A DNA stretch of 64,000 nt. It comes from Oscillospiraceae bacterium. Its GTDB lineage: Bacteria > Bacillota > Clostridia > Oscillospirales > CAG-272. Where the stretch lies: assembly GCA_015063805.1 (NCBI GenBank), contig SVTK01000013.1, positions 21,102-85,101 on the forward strand. The letters are read 5' to 3'. A model generated the notes under the pieces. That model was given only the letters and a program-made list of their open reading frames with translations. It had not been told where the DNA came from and did no database searches. The translations under genes were made by a program, and so were the position numbers. Shown in pieces: positions 39,235-48,958 of this stretch. How positions within the stretch are numbered: position 1 is the first letter of the stretch; every line of letters begins with the position of its first letter.

Positions 39235-40539
39235 GTGTTTCAGACGTTAAAGAATGCCTGGAAGGTACCGGAACTTAAGTCCAAGCTCCTCTTCACATTG
39301 GTTATCGTCATACTTTACCGCATTGGTTCTGTGCTGCCCGTTCCTTACGTCAGCGCAGACGTCATGAACTCGTTCAACGAAGCAGCTGCTGGATCCATCT
39401 TCCAGTATCTCAACATCCTGTCGGGTGATGCATTTGCCCGTGCAACTCTGTTTGCACTGGGTGTATCCCCCTATATCACTTCTTCCATCGTCATTCAGCT
39501 TCTGACCATTGCCATCCCCGCCCTTGAGCGTCTTGCCAAGGAGGGTGACGAGGGTAAGAAGAAGCTGACTGCACTGACCCGCTTGGTAACCGTTGGTCTT
39601 GCTCTGATTACTGCTATCGGTTACGCGCTGTTCCTCAAGAACGGTATCAACGGTCAGTCGATGCTGGTTCCCGGTACCAACGCATTCCACCTGATCGTTA
39701 TCATCGCCTGCTACTGTGCAGGTGCTGCACTGGTCATGTGGCTTGCTGAGAAGATCAATGAGAACGGCATTGGCAACGGTATCTCCATGATCCTGTTTGC
39801 CGGTATCGTTTCCCGCGGTCCCGCGCTGGTCTCCTCTCTCTGGTATATGATGTTCAAGGACGGCAAGTTCTCGATCATCGGTCTGCTGCTGGTTATCCTT
39901 TCTCTCGTAATCACTCTGGCTGTGGTAGGCTTCGTTGTCTTCATGACCCACAGTGAGCGCAGAATTCCGATCCAGTATGCAAAGAAGGTTGTCGGTCGTA
40001 AGATGTACGGCGGTCAGGCTTCCAATCTCCCGATCAAGCTGAATATGTCCGGCGTTATGCCTATCATCTTCGCAAACTCGATCGTGGCGATTCCCGCGAC
40101 CATTGCTGCATTCTTCCCCAACAGCAAGTTCTGGAGTGGTGTGAACAACTTCTTCAACTACACCTCTCCCGTTTACGCAATCCTGTTCTTCGCTCTTATC
40201 ATCGCTTTCGCTTACTTCTATATTGCGATCTCCTTCAACCCCGTTGAGGTGGCCAATAATCTGAAGAAGAACGGCGGTTCGATCCCCGGCATTCGCCCCG
40301 GTCGTCCCACCACCGAGTATATCACCCGTGTGCTTAATCGCATCACCCTGATCGGTGCAATCTTCCTCGGCGTTATTGCAGTCTTCCCGATGATCATTAA
40401 CATGGTCTCCGGCGGACAGTTCGCAGGTCTTGCCTTCGGCGGCTCTTCGCTGCTGATCGTGGTCGGTGTCGCTCTCGAGACCACCCGCGACCTTGAGGCA
40501 CAGATGAGCCTGCGCCACTATAAGGGCTTCCTTGAATAA
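39235..40539 (+). CDS. secY: Preprotein translocase subunit SecY
   Basis: GTG start. 10 TM helices. FALGVSPYITSSIVIQLLT signature. Confidence 0.96.
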   Translation: MFQTLKNAWKVPELKSKLLFTLVIVILYRIGSVLPVPYVSADVMNSFNEAAAGSIFQYLNILSGDAFARATLFALGVSPYITSSIVIQLLTIAIPALERLAKEGDEGKKKLTALTRLVTVGLALITAIGYALFLKNGINGQSMLVPGTNAFHLIVIIACYCAGAALVMWLAEKINENGIGNGISMILFAGIVSRGPALVSSLWYMMFKDGKFSIIGLLLVILSLVITLAVVGFVVFMTHSERRIPIQYAKKVVGRKMYGGQASNLPIKLNMSGVMPIIFANSIVAIPATIAAFFPNSKFWSGVNNFFNYTSPVYAILFFALIIAFAYFYIAISFNPVEVANNLKKNGGSIPGIRPGRPTTEYITRVLNRITLIGAIFLGVIAVFPMIINMVSGGQFAGLAFGGSSLLIVVGVALETTRDLEAQMSLRHYKGFLE

Positions 40540-40558
40540 GCCTACGGAGGAACTCCCA

Positions 40559-41200
40559 ATGAAATTGATTTTGATGGGTGCTCCCGGTGCCGGCAAAGGC
40601 ACGCAGGCTGAGAAGATCGCAGCGCAGTATCAGATCCCTGCCGTTTCGACGGGTGAGATTCTGCGCGGCGCGATCAGCGCAGGAACAGAGCTCGGCATGA
40701 CCGCGAAGTCCTATATGGACGCCGGTCAGCTGGTGCCCGATGATATCGTGATCGGCATCGTGAAGGAACATCTTGCTTCCGACACCTGCCGGAACGGTTT
40801 CATCCTCGATGGATTCCCCCGTTCGATTCCCCAGGCCGAGGCCCTTGAGACCCTTGGCGTGAAGATCGACGTGGTGCTGAGCATCGAGGTCGATGACAGT
40901 GTCATCGTTGAGCGGATGAGCGGCAGAAGAGTATGCCCCGCTTGCGGCGCATCCTACCACGTCGCCTACAATCCGCCTAAAACCGCAGATGTCTGCGACA
41001 AATGCGGTAAGGAGCTGATCATTCGCAAGGATGATAAGCCCGAAACCGTTCTCAATCGCCTTGAGACCTACCACGCACAGACTGAGCCGCTGAAGGCGTT
41101 CTACGCAGAGCGCGGCCTGCTCCGTACTGTGGTTGGCCAGGAGAAGGTTGAGGATACAACCGCGCTTGTGTTTGCAGCGTTGCAGACCGAGCAGGCTTGA
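40559..41200 (+). CDS. adk: Adenylate kinase (zinc-lid type)
   Basis: MKLILMGAPGAGKGTQAEKIA P-loop. CPACG...CDKCG lid. Confidence 0.96.
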   Translation: MKLILMGAPGAGKGTQAEKIAAQYQIPAVSTGEILRGAISAGTELGMTAKSYMDAGQLVPDDIVIGIVKEHLASDTCRNGFILDGFPRSIPQAEALETLGVKIDVVLSIEVDDSVIVERMSGRRVCPACGASYHVAYNPPKTADVCDKCGKELIIRKDDKPETVLNRLETYHAQTEPLKAFYAERGLLRTVVGQEKVEDTTALVFAALQTEQA

Positions 41201-41211
41201 GGCAGAAATCC

Positions 41212-41964
41212 ATGATTCAAATCAAAAACGCGACTCAGATCCAGGCCATGAAAAAGGCCGGCCGTATTACGGGAGAGGCGCTGCTTACTGCGCGTGAGCA
41301 CGTCAGACCCGGCGTCAGCACCAAATACCTGGACGATGTAATTCGCTCTTACATCGAAAGGGCAGGTGCCAAGCCCTCTTTCCTGGGCTACGCCGGTTTT
41401 CCCGGCAGCGCGTGTATCAGCATCAATGATGAGGTCATCCACGGGATCCCGTCAGCCAAGCGGATCCTCGAAGAGGGCGATATTGTCAAAATTGATGTGG
41501 GTGCGTTCATTGATGGCTTCCACGGCGACAGCGCCCGTACCATTCCGGTAGGGCGGGTCAGCCCCGAGGCCGAACGCCTGATCGCCGCCGCTGAGGAAAG
41601 CTTCCGCCGCGCGGTGGAACAGTTCAAAGATGGCAACCGCATCGGTGATATCGGTGCCGCCGTCGAGGGCTGTGTCCGCCAGGCCGGCTACCATGTGGTC
41701 CGTAAGTATATCGGCCACGGTATCGGCCACGATCTCCATGAGTCGCCCGATGTTCCCAATTTCGGTACCCCCGGCCGCGGACCTCGTATCTGCTGCGGCA
41801 TGACCCTTGCCATCGAGCCGATGATCAACATCGGCACCCACCTCGTCCGCGAGCTGGATGATGGCTGGACGGTCGTGACCGAGGATGGCAGCCTGTCCGC
41901 GCACTACGAGAACACAGTCGCGCTTACGCCTGACGGTGTGATCAACCTGACTCAGGTAGACTGA
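41212..41964 (+). CDS. map: Methionine aminopeptidase type I
   Basis: MIQIKNATQIQAMKKAGRITGEAL..., metal ligands D..D..H..E..E pattern. Confidence 0.93.
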   Translation: MIQIKNATQIQAMKKAGRITGEALLTAREHVRPGVSTKYLDDVIRSYIERAGAKPSFLGYAGFPGSACISINDEVIHGIPSAKRILEEGDIVKIDVGAFIDGFHGDSARTIPVGRVSPEAERLIAAAEESFRRAVEQFKDGNRIGDIGAAVEGCVRQAGYHVVRKYIGHGIGHDLHESPDVPNFGTPGRGPRICCGMTLAIEPMINIGTHLVRELDDGWTVVTEDGSLSAHYENTVALTPDGVINLTQVD

Positions 41965-42284
41965 TGCCTATGCAGGGATCGGGGGCATATGTGGGCTGCA
42001 TCGTGCGTTCCCTTGCCGGACGCGATGCCAAACGTATCTTCGCTGTGGTTGCGGTCGAGGAAGACTCGGGCGAGACCGGCGGCTACGTTTGGATCGCGGA
42101 TGGCAGGCTGCGCCGACTTGCACAGCCCAAACGAAAGAAACTCAGACACCTGCGTGTCCTCTGTCCGCAGGACAGGGAACTGGCGCAGATGCTTGCGGAC
42201 AACAGCCTGCGGGATGCGGTGCTGTTCGCCCGTCTGATGCAATTTGAACGAATTGACAATGCAAATGCAGATGCAAACGCATAG
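41964..42284 (+). CDS. KOW-domain RNA-binding protein (conserved small gene between map and infA)
   Basis: [29 protein letters not shown]-like motif. Position is typical for Clostridia. Confidence 0.6.
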   Translation: MPMQGSGAYVGCIVRSLAGRDAKRIFAVVAVEEDSGETGGYVWIADGRLRRLAQPKRKKLRHLRVLCPQDRELAQMLADNSLRDAVLFARLMQFERIDNANADANA

Positions 42285-42295
42285 GAGGGATTCTT

Positions 42296-42514
42296 CTGCC
42301 TAAGGACGATGTTATCGAATTTGAAGGTGTGGTAGTCGAAGCACTGCCTAACGCAACCTTCAAGGTGAAGCTGCCGAATGAGCATATTGTGACCGCACAT
42401 ATCTCCGGAAAGCTGCGCATGAATTATATCCGAATTTTGCCGGGTGACCGCGTGACCATCGAGGTCTCGGTGTATGATCTGAACAAGGGTCGTATCACCT
42501 GGCGCGCGAAATAA
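42296..42514 (+). CDS. infA: Translation initiation factor IF-1 (start codon non-canonical or uncertain)
   Basis: (L)[80 protein letters not shown] at 42283-42288. No in-frame ATG/GTG/TTG between the upstream stop (42254) and GTG 42329. Confidence 0.85.
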   Translation: MPKDDVIEFEGVVVEALPNATFKVKLPNEHIVTAHISGKLRMNYIRILPGDRVTIEVSVYDLNKGRITWRAK

Positions 42515-42536
42515 GTAAGAAAGGTTTGGTCTAAAC

Positions 42537-42650
42537 ATGAAGGTTAAACCGTCTGTCAAAAAGATTTGCGAGAAGTGCAAGATCATCAAGAGAAAAGGTA
42601 AGATCATGGTGATCTGCGAGAACCCCAAGCACAAGCAGAGACAGGGTTAA
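42537..42650 (+). CDS. rpmJ: 50S ribosomal protein L36
   Basis: [37 protein letters not shown]. Too short for the ORF track, read directly from the sequence. Confidence 0.9.
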   Translation: MKVKPSVKKICEKCKIIKRKGKIMVICENPKHKQRQG

Positions 42651-42720
42651 TGCACGGCTGAGGCCGATGCATCACATGACCGTTAGGGTCACATTAAGAC
42701 ATGAGAGGTGAATATACAGA

Positions 42721-43089
42721 ATGGCACGTATTGCTGGTGTAGATATTCCGAACCAGAAGCGCGTTGAAATCGCCCTTACCTATATTTACGGTATTGGCAG
42801 AACCAGCGCACAGAAGATCCTCGAGAAGACCGGTATCAATCCTGATACCCGCGCAAAGGATCTGACTGAAGAAGAAGTCGCAAAGCTCCGTGACGAGATC
42901 GAGAACGCTTACACTGTTGAGGGTGACCTCCGCCGTGAGGTTGGCATGAACATCAAGCGTCTGGTCGAGATCAACTGCTATCGCGGTATCCGTCACAGAA
43001 AGGGTCTCCCCGTTCGCGGCCAGAGAACCAAGACCAACGCAAGAACCCGCAAGGGTCCCGCAAAGACCATTGCAAACAAGAAGAAGTAA
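42721..43089 (+). CDS. rpsM: 30S ribosomal protein S13
   Basis: [26 protein letters not shown]... Confidence 0.96.
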   Translation: MARIAGVDIPNQKRVEIALTYIYGIGRTSAQKILEKTGINPDTRAKDLTEEEVAKLRDEIENAYTVEGDLRREVGMNIKRLVEINCYRGIRHRKGLPVRGQRTKTNARTRKGPAKTIANKKK

Positions 43090-43106
43090 AGGAGTGAACT
43101 GAATCG

Positions 43107-43502
<396 letters not shown>

Positions 43503-43523
43503 TTCATAAGGAGGAGAATAATT

Positions 43524-44123
43524 ATGGCAAAGAATATTGTAAAGCGCTGCAAGACGCTGGGTATTTCTCCTGCAACTATGGGCTATACCGGCAGCTCTAA
43601 GTCGGAAACCATCCGTCATTCTCAGAGTGATGTCCGCAGAAAGCAGAGCGAGTATGCTGTACACCTCAAGGAGAAGCAGAAGGTTAAGTTCATCTACGGT
43701 GTTCAGGAGAAGCAGTTCCGTCTGGCATACGAGAAGGCAGAGAGAATGACCGGTCAGACCGGTGAGATCCTCCTCTCCCTGATGGAGCGCCGTCTTGACA
43801 ACGTGGTCTACCGCCTTGGCTTCGCCATGACCCGTGCAGAGGCTCGTCAGATGGTAACCCACGCACACTTCACTGTGGATGGCCGCAAGGTCAACATCCC
43901 CAGCTTCCTTGTAAAGCCCGGTATGGTAGTTGCTGTTAAGGAGTCCAGCCGTGGCCACGCAAGAATCAAGGCTAACATTGAGACCAATTCGGTTGCTCAG
44001 CCTCCGAAGTGGCTCGCACTCGATGCTGCTAACATGACCGCTAAGGTTGTGGCAATCCCCACCAGAGAAGATATTGACTTTCCTGTTGAAGAGCAGCTTA
44101 TCGTTGAGTTCTATTCCAAGTAA
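43524..44123 (+). CDS. rpsD: 30S ribosomal protein S4
   Basis: S4 domain, RLDNVVYRLGFAMTRAEARQMVTHAHFTVDGRKVNIPSF. Confidence 0.95.
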   Translation: MAKNIVKRCKTLGISPATMGYTGSSKSETIRHSQSDVRRKQSEYAVHLKEKQKVKFIYGVQEKQFRLAYEKAERMTGQTGEILLSLMERRLDNVVYRLGFAMTRAEARQMVTHAHFTVDGRKVNIPSFLVKPGMVVAVKESSRGHARIKANIETNSVAQPPKWLALDAANMTAKVVAIPTREDIDFPVEEQLIVEFYSK

Positions 44124-44274
44124 TTGCCTCCCCGGTGCGCTTGTCCGCGATGCTGTGAGGCAGTACGGGGAATGCGCATGAATATATTGTAACCCGGCGG
44201 CTTTGGCCCCCCGATAGGGAAGGGCATCCGCAGGCCGCAACAAACAAAATTATTCTATAGGAGGGTTATTTGGA

Positions 44275-45249
44275 ATGATTGAGATTGAAAAGCCCAATAT
44301 TGCTACAGTTAATCTGAGCGATGACGGGAAAAGCGGAAAGTTCATCGTCGAGCCTCTCGAGAGAGGATACGGCATTACGCTTGGTAACTCGCTGCGCAGA
44401 GTTCTGCTCAGCTCTCTTCCCGGCGTAGCTGTCACCAGCATCAAGATCGACGGCGTTCTCCATGAATTCTCGACCGTTCCCGGCGTGAAGGAGGATGTCA
44501 CTGAGATCGTGCTGAACGTCAAGGGGATCACGGCAAAGCTTTACGGCGGCGCCCCCAAGACCGTGGTGATCGACATGACCGGTCCCTGCACGGTAACCGC
44601 AGGTGACATCAAGCAGGATGCAGACCTCGAGATCCTGAATCCCGAGCAGCACATCGCGACGCTTGGTGAAAATGCCCGTTTCTTTATGGAGCTGACCTTC
44701 GACGTGGGACGCGGCTACGTTTCCCAGGAGAAGAATAAGCAGATCGCTGCTGCAGCACTGGGCAATACTACTTCCGCACCGATCGGCACGATCTACACCG
44801 ACTCGATTTACACCCCGGTTTACAACGTAAACTACACGGTGGAGAATACTCGTGTCGGTAACATCACCGATTACGATAAGCTTACACTTGAGGTTCTGAC
44901 GAATGGAACCATTTCGGCCAAAGAAGCGATTTCTCTTGGTGCCAAGATTCTCAACGAGCATCTCAACCTGTTTGTGAACTTGTCCGATGAGGCAAAGAAG
45001 GCAGAGATCATGGTTGAGCGTGAAGAGACGATCAAAGAGAAAGTCCTTGAGATGACCATTGAGGAGCTTGACATGTCTGTCCGCAGCTTCAACTGCTTGA
45101 AGCGCGCAGGCATTGATACGGTCGAAGATTTGACCAACCGCACTGAGGAGGACATGATTAAGGTCCGTAACCTCGGTAAGAAGTCGCTTGAAGAAGTCAT
45201 TTTCAAACTGCATTCGCTTGGCCTCGACCTGAAGAAGGAAGAGGAGTAA
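44275..45249 (+). CDS. rpoA: DNA-directed RNA polymerase subunit alpha
   Basis: MIEIEKPNI...[21 protein letters not shown]-terminal domain [14 protein letters not shown]. Confidence 0.96.
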   Translation: MIEIEKPNIATVNLSDDGKSGKFIVEPLERGYGITLGNSLRRVLLSSLPGVAVTSIKIDGVLHEFSTVPGVKEDVTEIVLNVKGITAKLYGGAPKTVVIDMTGPCTVTAGDIKQDADLEILNPEQHIATLGENARFFMELTFDVGRGYVSQEKNKQIAAAALGNTTSAPIGTIYTDSIYTPVYNVNYTVENTRVGNITDYDKLTLEVLTNGTISAKEAISLGAKILNEHLNLFVNLSDEAKKAEIMVEREETIKEKVLEMTIEELDMSVRSFNCLKRAGIDTVEDLTNRTEEDMIKVRNLGKKSLEEVIFKLHSLGLDLKKEEE

Positions 45250-45316
45250 GCCCGTTTGCTTACTTGCGATTGCGCAATAATTTGTATTATATCTACAGCA
45301 GAAGGAGGGAATTGCA

Positions 45317-45661
45317 ATGCCCGGAACCAGAAAACTCGGCAGACCCACCGCGCACAGACAGGCGATGTTGAGAGGCATGGTGACCTATTTACTCGAGAAC
45401 GGCTCGATTGAGACCACCCTGACTCGCGCTAAGGAAGTCCGCTCTATCGCAGAGCAGATGATTACCCTTGGCAAGAAGAACACTCTTGCATCTCGCCGTG
45501 CAGCGCTGGCATATATCACCAAGGAAGAAGTTGTGTCCAAGCTGTTCAACGAAATCGCCCCCAAGTACGCAGAGCGCGTTGGTGGCTATACCCAGATCTA
45601 TAAGCTTGGTCCCCGTCGCGGCGATGCAGCCGAGATGGCACTGATTAAGCTGGTTGACTAA
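45317..45661 (+). CDS. rplQ: 50S ribosomal protein L17
   Basis: [34 protein letters not shown]. Confidence 0.95.
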   Translation: MPGTRKLGRPTAHRQAMLRGMVTYLLENGSIETTLTRAKEVRSIAEQMITLGKKNTLASRRAALAYITKEEVVSKLFNEIAPKYAERVGGYTQIYKLGPRRGDAAEMALIKLVD

Positions 45662-45673
45662 TTCAATCATCGG

Positions 45674-45705
45674 CAGACGCCTCCCACGGGAGGCGTCTGT
45701 TTTTG
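45674..45705 (+). terminator. Rho-independent terminator ending the alpha operon
   Basis: CAGACGCCTCCC-acg-GGGAGGCGTCTG, then TTTTTG. Confidence 0.85.
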
Positions 45706-45739
45706 CGTTTGCTTTTGTTCGCTTTTTGGAGTAATTGGC

Positions 45740-45768
45740 TTGACAAAAACAGGGAAATGGGGTATAAT
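45740..45768 (+). promoter_or_regulatory. Consensus sigma-A promoter for the tRNA gene
   Basis: TTGACA - 17 nt - TATAAT, 10 nt upstream of the tRNA 5' end. Confidence 0.75.
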
Positions 45769-45778
45769 AAATAGGTAC

Positions 45779-45855
45779 GGGCCTTTAGCTCAGTTGGTTA
45801 GAGCCACCGGCTCATAACCGGTCGGTCCCGGGTTCGAGTCCCTGAAGGCCCACCA
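45779..45855 (+). tRNA. tRNA with CAU anticodon, sequence-type of tRNA-Ile2 (lysidine-modified) rather than elongator tRNA-Met
   Basis: GGGCCTTTAGCTCAGTTGGTTAGAGC...GGCTCATAACC...GGTTCGAGTCCC..AAGGCCCACCA. 7-bp acceptor GGGCCTT/AAGGCCC, encoded CCA. Very close to Bacillus tRNA-Ile(CAU). Confidence 0.85.
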
Positions 45856-45877
45856 AAACCCCCGCTTTGCGCAGGGA

Positions 45878-45936
45878 AGAGAATAGGATGTGAAGATTGC
45901 CTTGCAGGCAGTGTTTTCTGCCTATTCTCTTTTTGT
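45878..45936 (+). terminator. Long-stem terminator after the tRNA
   Basis: AGAGAATAGG...CCTATTCTCT followed by TTTTGTTTTG. Confidence 0.7.
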
Positions 45937-46019
45937 TTTGCGCAACCTCTATTTAACAAAAAATTAAACATTCGTATACGTCGTGTTCATAAAACGGCGC
46001 TATAATAAACTGTGTAGTT

Positions 46020-46140
46020 GAGGGAGTAATTCGGCGTCGGATTCCCGATGCCTGATAAATCAACATCATGGCGGCGCTGCTGCCTGGTTTATCGTTTGGA
46101 ATGAGACTCATATACAGTTTTGCTGTATATGAGCTTTTTT
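46020..46140 (+). promoter_or_regulatory. Candidate metal-sensing riboswitch (yybP-ykoY/Mn2+-like) with terminator expression platform in the ATPase leader
   Basis: GTTGA..GGGAGTAATTC-[GGCGTCGG attc CCGATGCC]-TGATAAA..TCAAC closed domain with GGGAGUA internal loop. Downstream UUUGGAAUGAGAC overlaps the 5' strand of terminator GACTCATATACAG-tttt-GCTGTATATGAGC TTTTTT, which ends 25 nt before the RBS. Confidence 0.4.
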
Positions 46141-46170
46141 ATTGCAAAAAATATTTTTGGAGGAATTTTC

Positions 46171-48870
46171 ATGAAGGAGTATCTCAAGGAACAAAGCGAA
46201 GTTCTGACAGAGAAACAAACCACCGAGAATGGTCTCAGTGCTGCTGAGGCCGAACGCCGCCTGGCCGAAAACGGCAAGAACAAGCTGGCCGAGGGGAAGA
46301 AGGAGTCTATGCTTCATCGCTTCTTCAAGCAGCTGGCCGAGCCTATGACCATCATCTTGATCGTCGCAGCCGCTGTCTCGGCAGGGCTTGAGATCTACGA
46401 GGGTATTTCTCACGGCGCGTGGGCGTTCCCTACTGATGTTGTGATCATTCTTGCTGTTGTGTTGATCAACGCCATTCTCGGCGTCGTTCAGGAGAGCAAG
46501 GCGGAGCAGGCTATTGAGGCACTGCAGCAGATCGCCGCTGCAACCAGCAAGGTCATTCGTGACGGTAAGCAGTTTACGGTTAAGAGTGAGGACCTGGTGG
46601 TGGGCGATATCATCGTCCTGGAAGCCGGTGACTCGGTACCTGCCGATGCCCGCATCATTGAGTGTGCCTCGATGAAGATCGAGGAAGCCGCTCTGACGGG
46701 CGAGTCGGTGCCTGTGGATAAGAAGGTCGAGAAGCTGACGGCGAACGCAGAGGGGGATGTTCCCCTGGGTGACCGTAAGAACATGGTCTTCATGGGCTCT
46801 ACCGTGGTTTACGGCCGCGGTAAGGCTGTGGTAACCGCTACCGGTATGGATACCGAAATGGGTAAGATCGCCGATGCTCTGGCAAAGGCAGAGGAGGGCA
46901 AGACCCCCCTGCAGATCAAGCTGGCACAGCTGAGCAAGATCCTGACCTATTTGGTTATCTGCATTTGTGTCGTAATTTTTGCCATCGGTATCATCAAGGA
47001 TGGCTTCGGTGCAGCACCTATCCTCAATTCCTTTATGACTGCTATTTCCCTCGCCGTTGCTGCGATTCCCGAGGGCTTGGCCACCGTTGTTACCATCGTT
47101 CTTTCCATCGGTGTGACCAATATGTCCCGCCGCAGCGCCATCATCCGCAAGCTGACCGCAGTGGAGACGCTGGGCTGCACGCAGATTATCTGCTCGGATA
47201 AAACCGGTACACTGACCCAGAATAAAATGACCGTTGTTGAGCATTACGGTGAGGACGAGGTTCTGCTTGCCACCGCCATGTCCATGTGCTCGGATGCTGA
47301 GTTCGACCGCGATGCAGGCGAGGCTGTGGGTGAACCCACCGAGTGCGCACTGGTCAACTATGCAAATGTACTGGGCTACGATAAGAACGTTCAGAAGGGC
47401 GAATATGTCCGTGTGGGCGAGGTTCCCTTCGACTCCATGCGCAAGATGATGACTACGGTTCATCGTACCACCGATGGCTCCCTCCTGCAGTTCACCAAGG
47501 GTGCACCTGACGAGGTTCTCAAGCGCTGCACCCATGCGCTGGTGGGCGGTAATGTCGTGGAAATGACCGACGCGATCCGCGCTGATATCCTTGGTGCAAA
47601 CAAGGGCATGGCTGACCGCGCACTGCGCGTGCTGGCTGCCGCGCAGAAGCCCCTGGATGCCGAGCCCGCCGCATATGAGAGCGATGCGGTAGAGAACGAC
47701 CTCTGCTTTGTGGGCCTTGTGGGCATGATTGACCCCGTTCGCCCCGAGGTTAAGCCTGCCATTGATGAATGCCGCTCTGCCGGTATCCGCCCCATTATGA
47801 TTACGGGTGACCATAAGGATACTGCAGTTGCAATCGCAACCCAGCTTGGCATTATTACCGATCCCTCCCAGGCCATCACCGGTTCGGAGCTGGATAAGAT
47901 TTCGGACGAGGATTTTGACGTAGCGGTAGAGAACTACTCGGTCTATGCCCGTGTTCAGCCTGAGCACAAGACCAGAATCGTCAACGCATGGCGTAAGAAG
48001 GGCAAGGTCACGGCCATGACCGGTGACGGTGTAAACGACGCTCCCTCGATCAAGAACGCTGACATTGGCGTTGGTATGGGTATCACCGGTACCGACGTCA
48101 CCAAGAACGTGGCGGATATGATTCTGACCGACGATAACTTTGCCACTATCGTATCTGCCGCTGCTGAAGGCCGCCGCATTTACGACAACATTCGTAAGGC
48201 AATTCAGTTCCTGCTGGCGTCCAACCTTTCCGAGGTTCTGACCATTCTGCTGGCGACCATTATTCTGCCCTCTGGCGTTTCGATCTTTGCCGCAGTTCAC
48301 CTGCTGTGGATCAACCTCATCACCGACTGCTTCCCGGCGCTGGCACTGGGTATGGAAAAGCCCGAGGCCGATGTCATGACCCGCAAGCCCCGCGATTCCA
48401 AGGAAGGTATCTTTGCCGGCGGACTTGGCGTAGCTGTGGCTTACCAGGGTGTGCTTGTGACTGCCATCACGCTGATCTCCTACTTCATCGGCCGTGATTT
48501 CCTCGCTACGGTGCATCACGCTGAAGCAATCGCAGCAGGCACCTATTCCGCCGAGATGCTGGGCACCTCCATGGCATTCCTGACGCTGTCTATGTGCGAG
48601 ATTTTCCACGCATTCAATATGCGTTCTCTCCGCGGTTCGATCTTTACCCTCAAGACGCAGAATGCATGGCTGTGGGGCGCAGGCGCGCTGTCGTTGCTGC
48701 TGACCACTGCCGTGGTGGAGGTTGATTTCCTGTGCAATGCATTTGGTCTTGCACACCTCGATCTGATGGAGTACGGTATCGCAATTGGCCTTGGCTTCTG
48801 CATCATTCCCATTGTTGAGATCGTTAAGCTCATCCACCGTGCCATTGACCGCGCACGCGCAAAGGCATAA
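46171..48870 (+). CDS. Cation-transporting P-type ATPase (Ca2+-ATPase/PMCA-SERCA-like, type IIA)
   Basis: RBS GGAGG. Cation_ATPase_N (LSAAEAERRLAENGKNKL), TGES, DKTGTLT phosphorylation motif, TGDHKDTAVAIA, GDGVNDAPS, 10 TM segments. Confidence 0.92.
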   Translation: MKEYLKEQSEVLTEKQTTENGLSAAEAERRLAENGKNKLAEGKKESMLHRFFKQLAEPMTIILIVAAAVSAGLEIYEGISHGAWAFPTDVVIILAVVLINAILGVVQESKAEQAIEALQQIAAATSKVIRDGKQFTVKSEDLVVGDIIVLEAGDSVPADARIIECASMKIEEAALTGESVPVDKKVEKLTANAEGDVPLGDRKNMVFMGSTVVYGRGKAVVTATGMDTEMGKIADALAKAEEGKTPLQIKLAQLSKILTYLVICICVVIFAIGIIKDGFGAAPILNSFMTAISLAVAAIPEGLATVVTIVLSIGVTNMSRRSAIIRKLTAVETLGCTQIICSDKTGTLTQNKMTVVEHYGEDEVLLATAMSMCSDAEFDRDAGEAVGEPTECALVNYANVLGYDKNVQKGEYVRVGEVPFDSMRKMMTTVHRTTDGSLLQFTKGAPDEVLKRCTHALVGGNVVEMTDAIRADILGANKGMADRALRVLAAAQKPLDAEPAAYESDAVENDLCFVGLVGMIDPVRPEVKPAIDECRSAGIRPIMITGDHKDTAVAIATQLGIITDPSQAITGSELDKISDEDFDVAVENYSVYARVQPEHKTRIVNAWRKKGKVTAMTGDGVNDAPSIKNADIGVGMGITGTDVTKNVADMILTDDNFATIVSAAAEGRRIYDNIRKAIQFLLASNLSEVLTILLATIILPSGVSIFAAVHLLWINLITDCFPALALGMEKPEADVMTRKPRDSKEGIFAGGLGVAVAYQGVLVTAITLISYFIGRDFLATVHHAEAIAAGTYSAEMLGTSMAFLTLSMCEIFHAFNMRSLRGSIFTLKTQNAWLWGAGALSLLLTTAVVEVDFLCNAFGLAHLDLMEYGIAIGLGFCIIPIVEIVKLIHRAIDRARAKA

Positions 48871-48886
48871 TAATGTTCAACCGAAA

Positions 48887-48915
48887 GGGCTGACGCATTT
48901 GCGTCAGCCCTTGTT
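48887..48915 (+). terminator. Terminator after the ATPase
   Basis: GGGCTGACGC-attt-GCGTCAGCCC, then TTGTTC. Confidence 0.65.
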
Positions 48916-48958
48916 CAAAAAAAGGACTGGGATTTCGTGAGGAGATGGAGCGGCATAT

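Noticed and set aside
46108-48837. 909-aa minus-strand ORF opposite the P-type ATPase
   Set aside because: Antisense artefact of high GC. The product has no motifs. The sense strand encodes a textbook ATPase.
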